Origin: Deltaproteobacteria bacterium
GTDB taxonomy: Bacteria > Desulfobacterota > GWC2-55-46
NCBI GenBank assembly: GCA_015075075.1
Contig: JABTVA010000001.1
Span: 51,662-115,661 of the forward strand
Direction: 5' to 3'
Length of the DNA stretch: 64,000 nucleotides
Shown: in pieces, positions 62,465 through 64,000 of the stretch
Layout: the number at the start of each line of letters is the position of its first letter
Numbering within the stretch: position 1 is the stretch's first letter
Program-made: the position numbers and the translations under genes
Notes under the pieces: generated by a model
Databases searched by the model: none
The model's input: the letters and a program-made list of their open reading frames with translations, nothing else
Told to the model about the DNA's origin: nothing

Positions 62465-62562
62465 TGCAGGTTGGGTTCGCGTAGTTAGGGTAGGTTGGGT
62501 TAGCGAAGCGTAACCCAACACAAGTCTTCTTGTCGGGTCTGCTTCGCGACCCAACCTGCAAA
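62465..62562. repeat. Family F palindromic element (GCAGGTTGGGT...TTGGGTTAGCGAAGCGTAACCCAA...GGGTCTGCTTCGCGACCCAACCTGC). Partial second copy at 62733-62763.
   Basis: Inverted repeats seen in the sequence. Confidence 0.55.
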
Positions 62563-62603
62563 ATCCCCCTCTTTGCCCCTTTATCAAAGGGCAAATCAGC
62601 TTC

Positions 62604-62685
62604 GCAGGGTGCGCTCCGCGCACCAAATCTCATTTAAAATATTTTGTATTCGGAATCAAATTAAATGGTGCGCGGAGCGCACCCT
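62604..62685. repeat. Family E palindromic element, copy 2
   Basis: CAGGGTGCGCTCCGCGCACC...AT-rich loop...GGTGCGCGGAGCGCACCCTAC. Confidence 0.65.
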
Positions 62686-62840
62686 ACAAATTTCAAGGCA
62701 ACCCGTCTTCACAAATTAAAATAGCCTTTTATGTTGGGTCTGCTTCGCGACCCAACCTACAAGAAATCTCAAATTAAATGGTGCGCGGAGCGCACCCTGG
62801 AAATTTCAAGGCAACCCGTCTTCGTAAATTTAAAATAGCC
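62657..62840. repeat. Two direct repeats of about 68 bp (CAAATTAAATGGTGCGCGGAGCGCACCCT..AAATTTCAAGGCAACCCGTCTTC..AAATTAAAATAGCC) separated by a family F half-element
   Basis: Units at 62657-62724 and 62770-62840. Confidence 0.6.
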
Positions 62841-62841
62841 C

Positions 62842-63207
62842 CTACTGCCTGTTCAGCCAATCCTCTATCGCGTCCTTGCTCGCCTCGTCGAGGTCCAGGA
62901 ATTTTATGCCCATGCCCGGCTCCTGCTTGACGAGCGAATCGTACTCCCTCGACCAGGCGACCACGCACCTGCATTTTATGTCGAGGTCCCCGAGCTTGAA
63001 GGATATCTCGAACTCCTCGCCAGCCTTTTTCGGGTTTACGGAGGCTATGAACATGCCTCCCCTGCCGACGGTCTTGGCGTATCCGAAGAAGACCCCGGCC
63101 TTGTCCTCGCCCCTTACCTTGAGGACAAGGAGCTGCTTACGGAGGTTCTTTCTCCTGTCGGACCTCAGAAGTACGTAATCGTCTTCCTGGTTCTTACCAT
63201 TTCCCAT
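62842..63207 (-). CDS. PilZ-domain protein (second paralog, degenerate DxSxxG)
   Basis: RRKNLR motif. 14-nt overlap with the upstream nitroreductase gene. Confidence 0.6.
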   Translation of the reverse strand: MGNGKNQEDDYVLLRSDRRKNLRKQLLVLKVRGEDKAGVFFGYAKTVGRGGMFIASVNPKKAGEEFEISFKLGDLDIKCRCVVAWSREYDSLVKQEPGMGIKFLDLDEASKDAIEDWLNRQ

Positions 63208-63727
63208 GATGGATTATCTCCGAGACGGGTTTCCTGGTCTTGGCCTCTCTCTTGAGCTCGTCCTTGGGGTATCCTATGGCAATGACGGCGACCACCTCTA
63301 TCTTTTCGGGTATTCCGAGCCTTTTCTTTACCGCTTCGGCGTCTATCGCGGCCACCCAGCAGGTGCCGAGCCCTTCGGCGGTCGCTGCCCCTATCATCTC
63401 GGTCACGGCGATGGTCACGTCCACCCATGAATAGTTGATATTGTCGGTCTTCCTTACCCAGGCCTGGGCGGGGTCAGCGCAAGCGACTATCAATACCGGC
63501 GCGCGCATGAAGCCATCTTTCGTAAAGAGGTCATTTATCCGCCCCCTCCCCTCCTCGTCCGAAAGCACGACGAAGTGCCACGGCTGCCGGTTAGCCGCGC
63601 TCTGCGCCCTGCCGAGGGAGATTATGAGCCTCTCAAGTTTTTCCGGCTCAACGGGCCTCTCCGCGAAGTCCCGTATGCTCTTTCTCCTCTCGTAGAGGTC
63701 GTAAAAACTCCTCAGACTCTCGTCCAC
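63194..63727 (-). CDS. Nitroreductase-family (NADH oxidase/flavin reductase fold) protein
   Basis: RKSIRDF...PW.F N-terminal FMN-binding signature. Confidence 0.8.
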   Translation of the reverse strand: MDESLRSFYDLYERRKSIRDFAERPVEPEKLERLIISLGRAQSAANRQPWHFVVLSDEEGRGRINDLFTKDGFMRAPVLIVACADPAQAWVRKTDNINYSWVDVTIAVTEMIGAATAEGLGTCWVAAIDAEAVKKRLGIPEKIEVVAVIAIGYPKDELKREAKTRKPVSEIIHHGKW

Positions 63728-63741
63728 CCTGCCCCTCCCTA

Positions 63742-64000
63742 CTATATAAGCGCCTCTGCGAACTCCCTGGCGTCGAACTCTTTCAAGTCTTCGACCGTCT
63801 CTCCCACGCCCACGAACCTTACGGGGATGCCGAGCTCCCTGGCTATCGCGATAATGATGCCGCCCTTTGCCGTGCCGTCGAGCTTTGTAAGGGCTATGCC
63901 GGTTACGCCCACGGCCTCGTTGAAGAGCCTGGCCTGGTTCAATGCGTTCTGCCCGGTTGAGGCGTCGAGCACGAGGAGGTTTTCATGCGGCGCGCCGGGG
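63742..64000 (-). CDS. ftsY: Signal-recognition-particle receptor FtsY, C-terminal part (gene continues past the window end)
   Basis: [37 protein letters not shown] is the SRP54-type GTPase G4/G5 region. The FtsY-typical tail [22 protein letters not shown] is present. Confidence 0.85.
   Translation of the reverse strand, partial: PGAPHENLLVLDASTGQNALNQARLFNEAVGVTGIALTKLDGTAKGGIIIAIARELGIPVRFVGVGETVEDLKEFDAREFAEALI

Noticed and set aside
63742-64000. Calling the terminal partial ORF ffh
   Set aside because: The G5-proximal sequence and the C-terminal [22 protein letters not shown] tail match FtsY rather than the Ffh M-domain linker.

Overview
High-GC (~60%) bacterial chromosomal segment carrying about 55 protein-coding genes, mostly on the minus strand. 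No rRNA, tRNA or CRISPR was found. **Intact housekeeping genes:** valS, gltX, cysS, ispD, ispF, birA, coaX, ppa, trxA, trxB and nfo, plus an EF-G paralog, a truncated nadC and a partial ftsY. **Signalling load:** three large sensor histidine kinases, an MCP, a CheR, five REC proteins, three PilZ proteins, an HD-GYP phosphodiesterase and an RpoS-like sigma factor co-operonic with a REC-PilZ protein. **Repeats:** the intergenic space carries at least five families of small non-autonomous repeats. Three are MITE-like with terminal inverted repeats (A with 7 copies, B with 7, C with 2). D is a palindromic-hairpin family with 4 copies. E, F and a short direct-repeat unit are palindromic elements around two PilZ paralogs. 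No transposase gene is present. A and C share a CAGGNTGNTSAAAAA-type terminus. **Gene decay:** otherwise conserved genes (ftsH, rpe, nrdJ, udp, an NtrC-like activator, a GT-C paralog, and nadC with an in-frame TAG) are broken by frameshifts or a nonsense codon, while longer neighbours are intact. The broken genes lie mostly in blocks bounded by the repeats. **Islet:** a short AT-rich section at 61.0-61.9 kb carries a lipoprotein gene. **Lead candidates:** the REC-PilZ/sigma operon, a CheR plus Cache/NEEL-coiled-coil hybrid kinase pair, and the composite MITE network with its decayed housekeeping paralogs.
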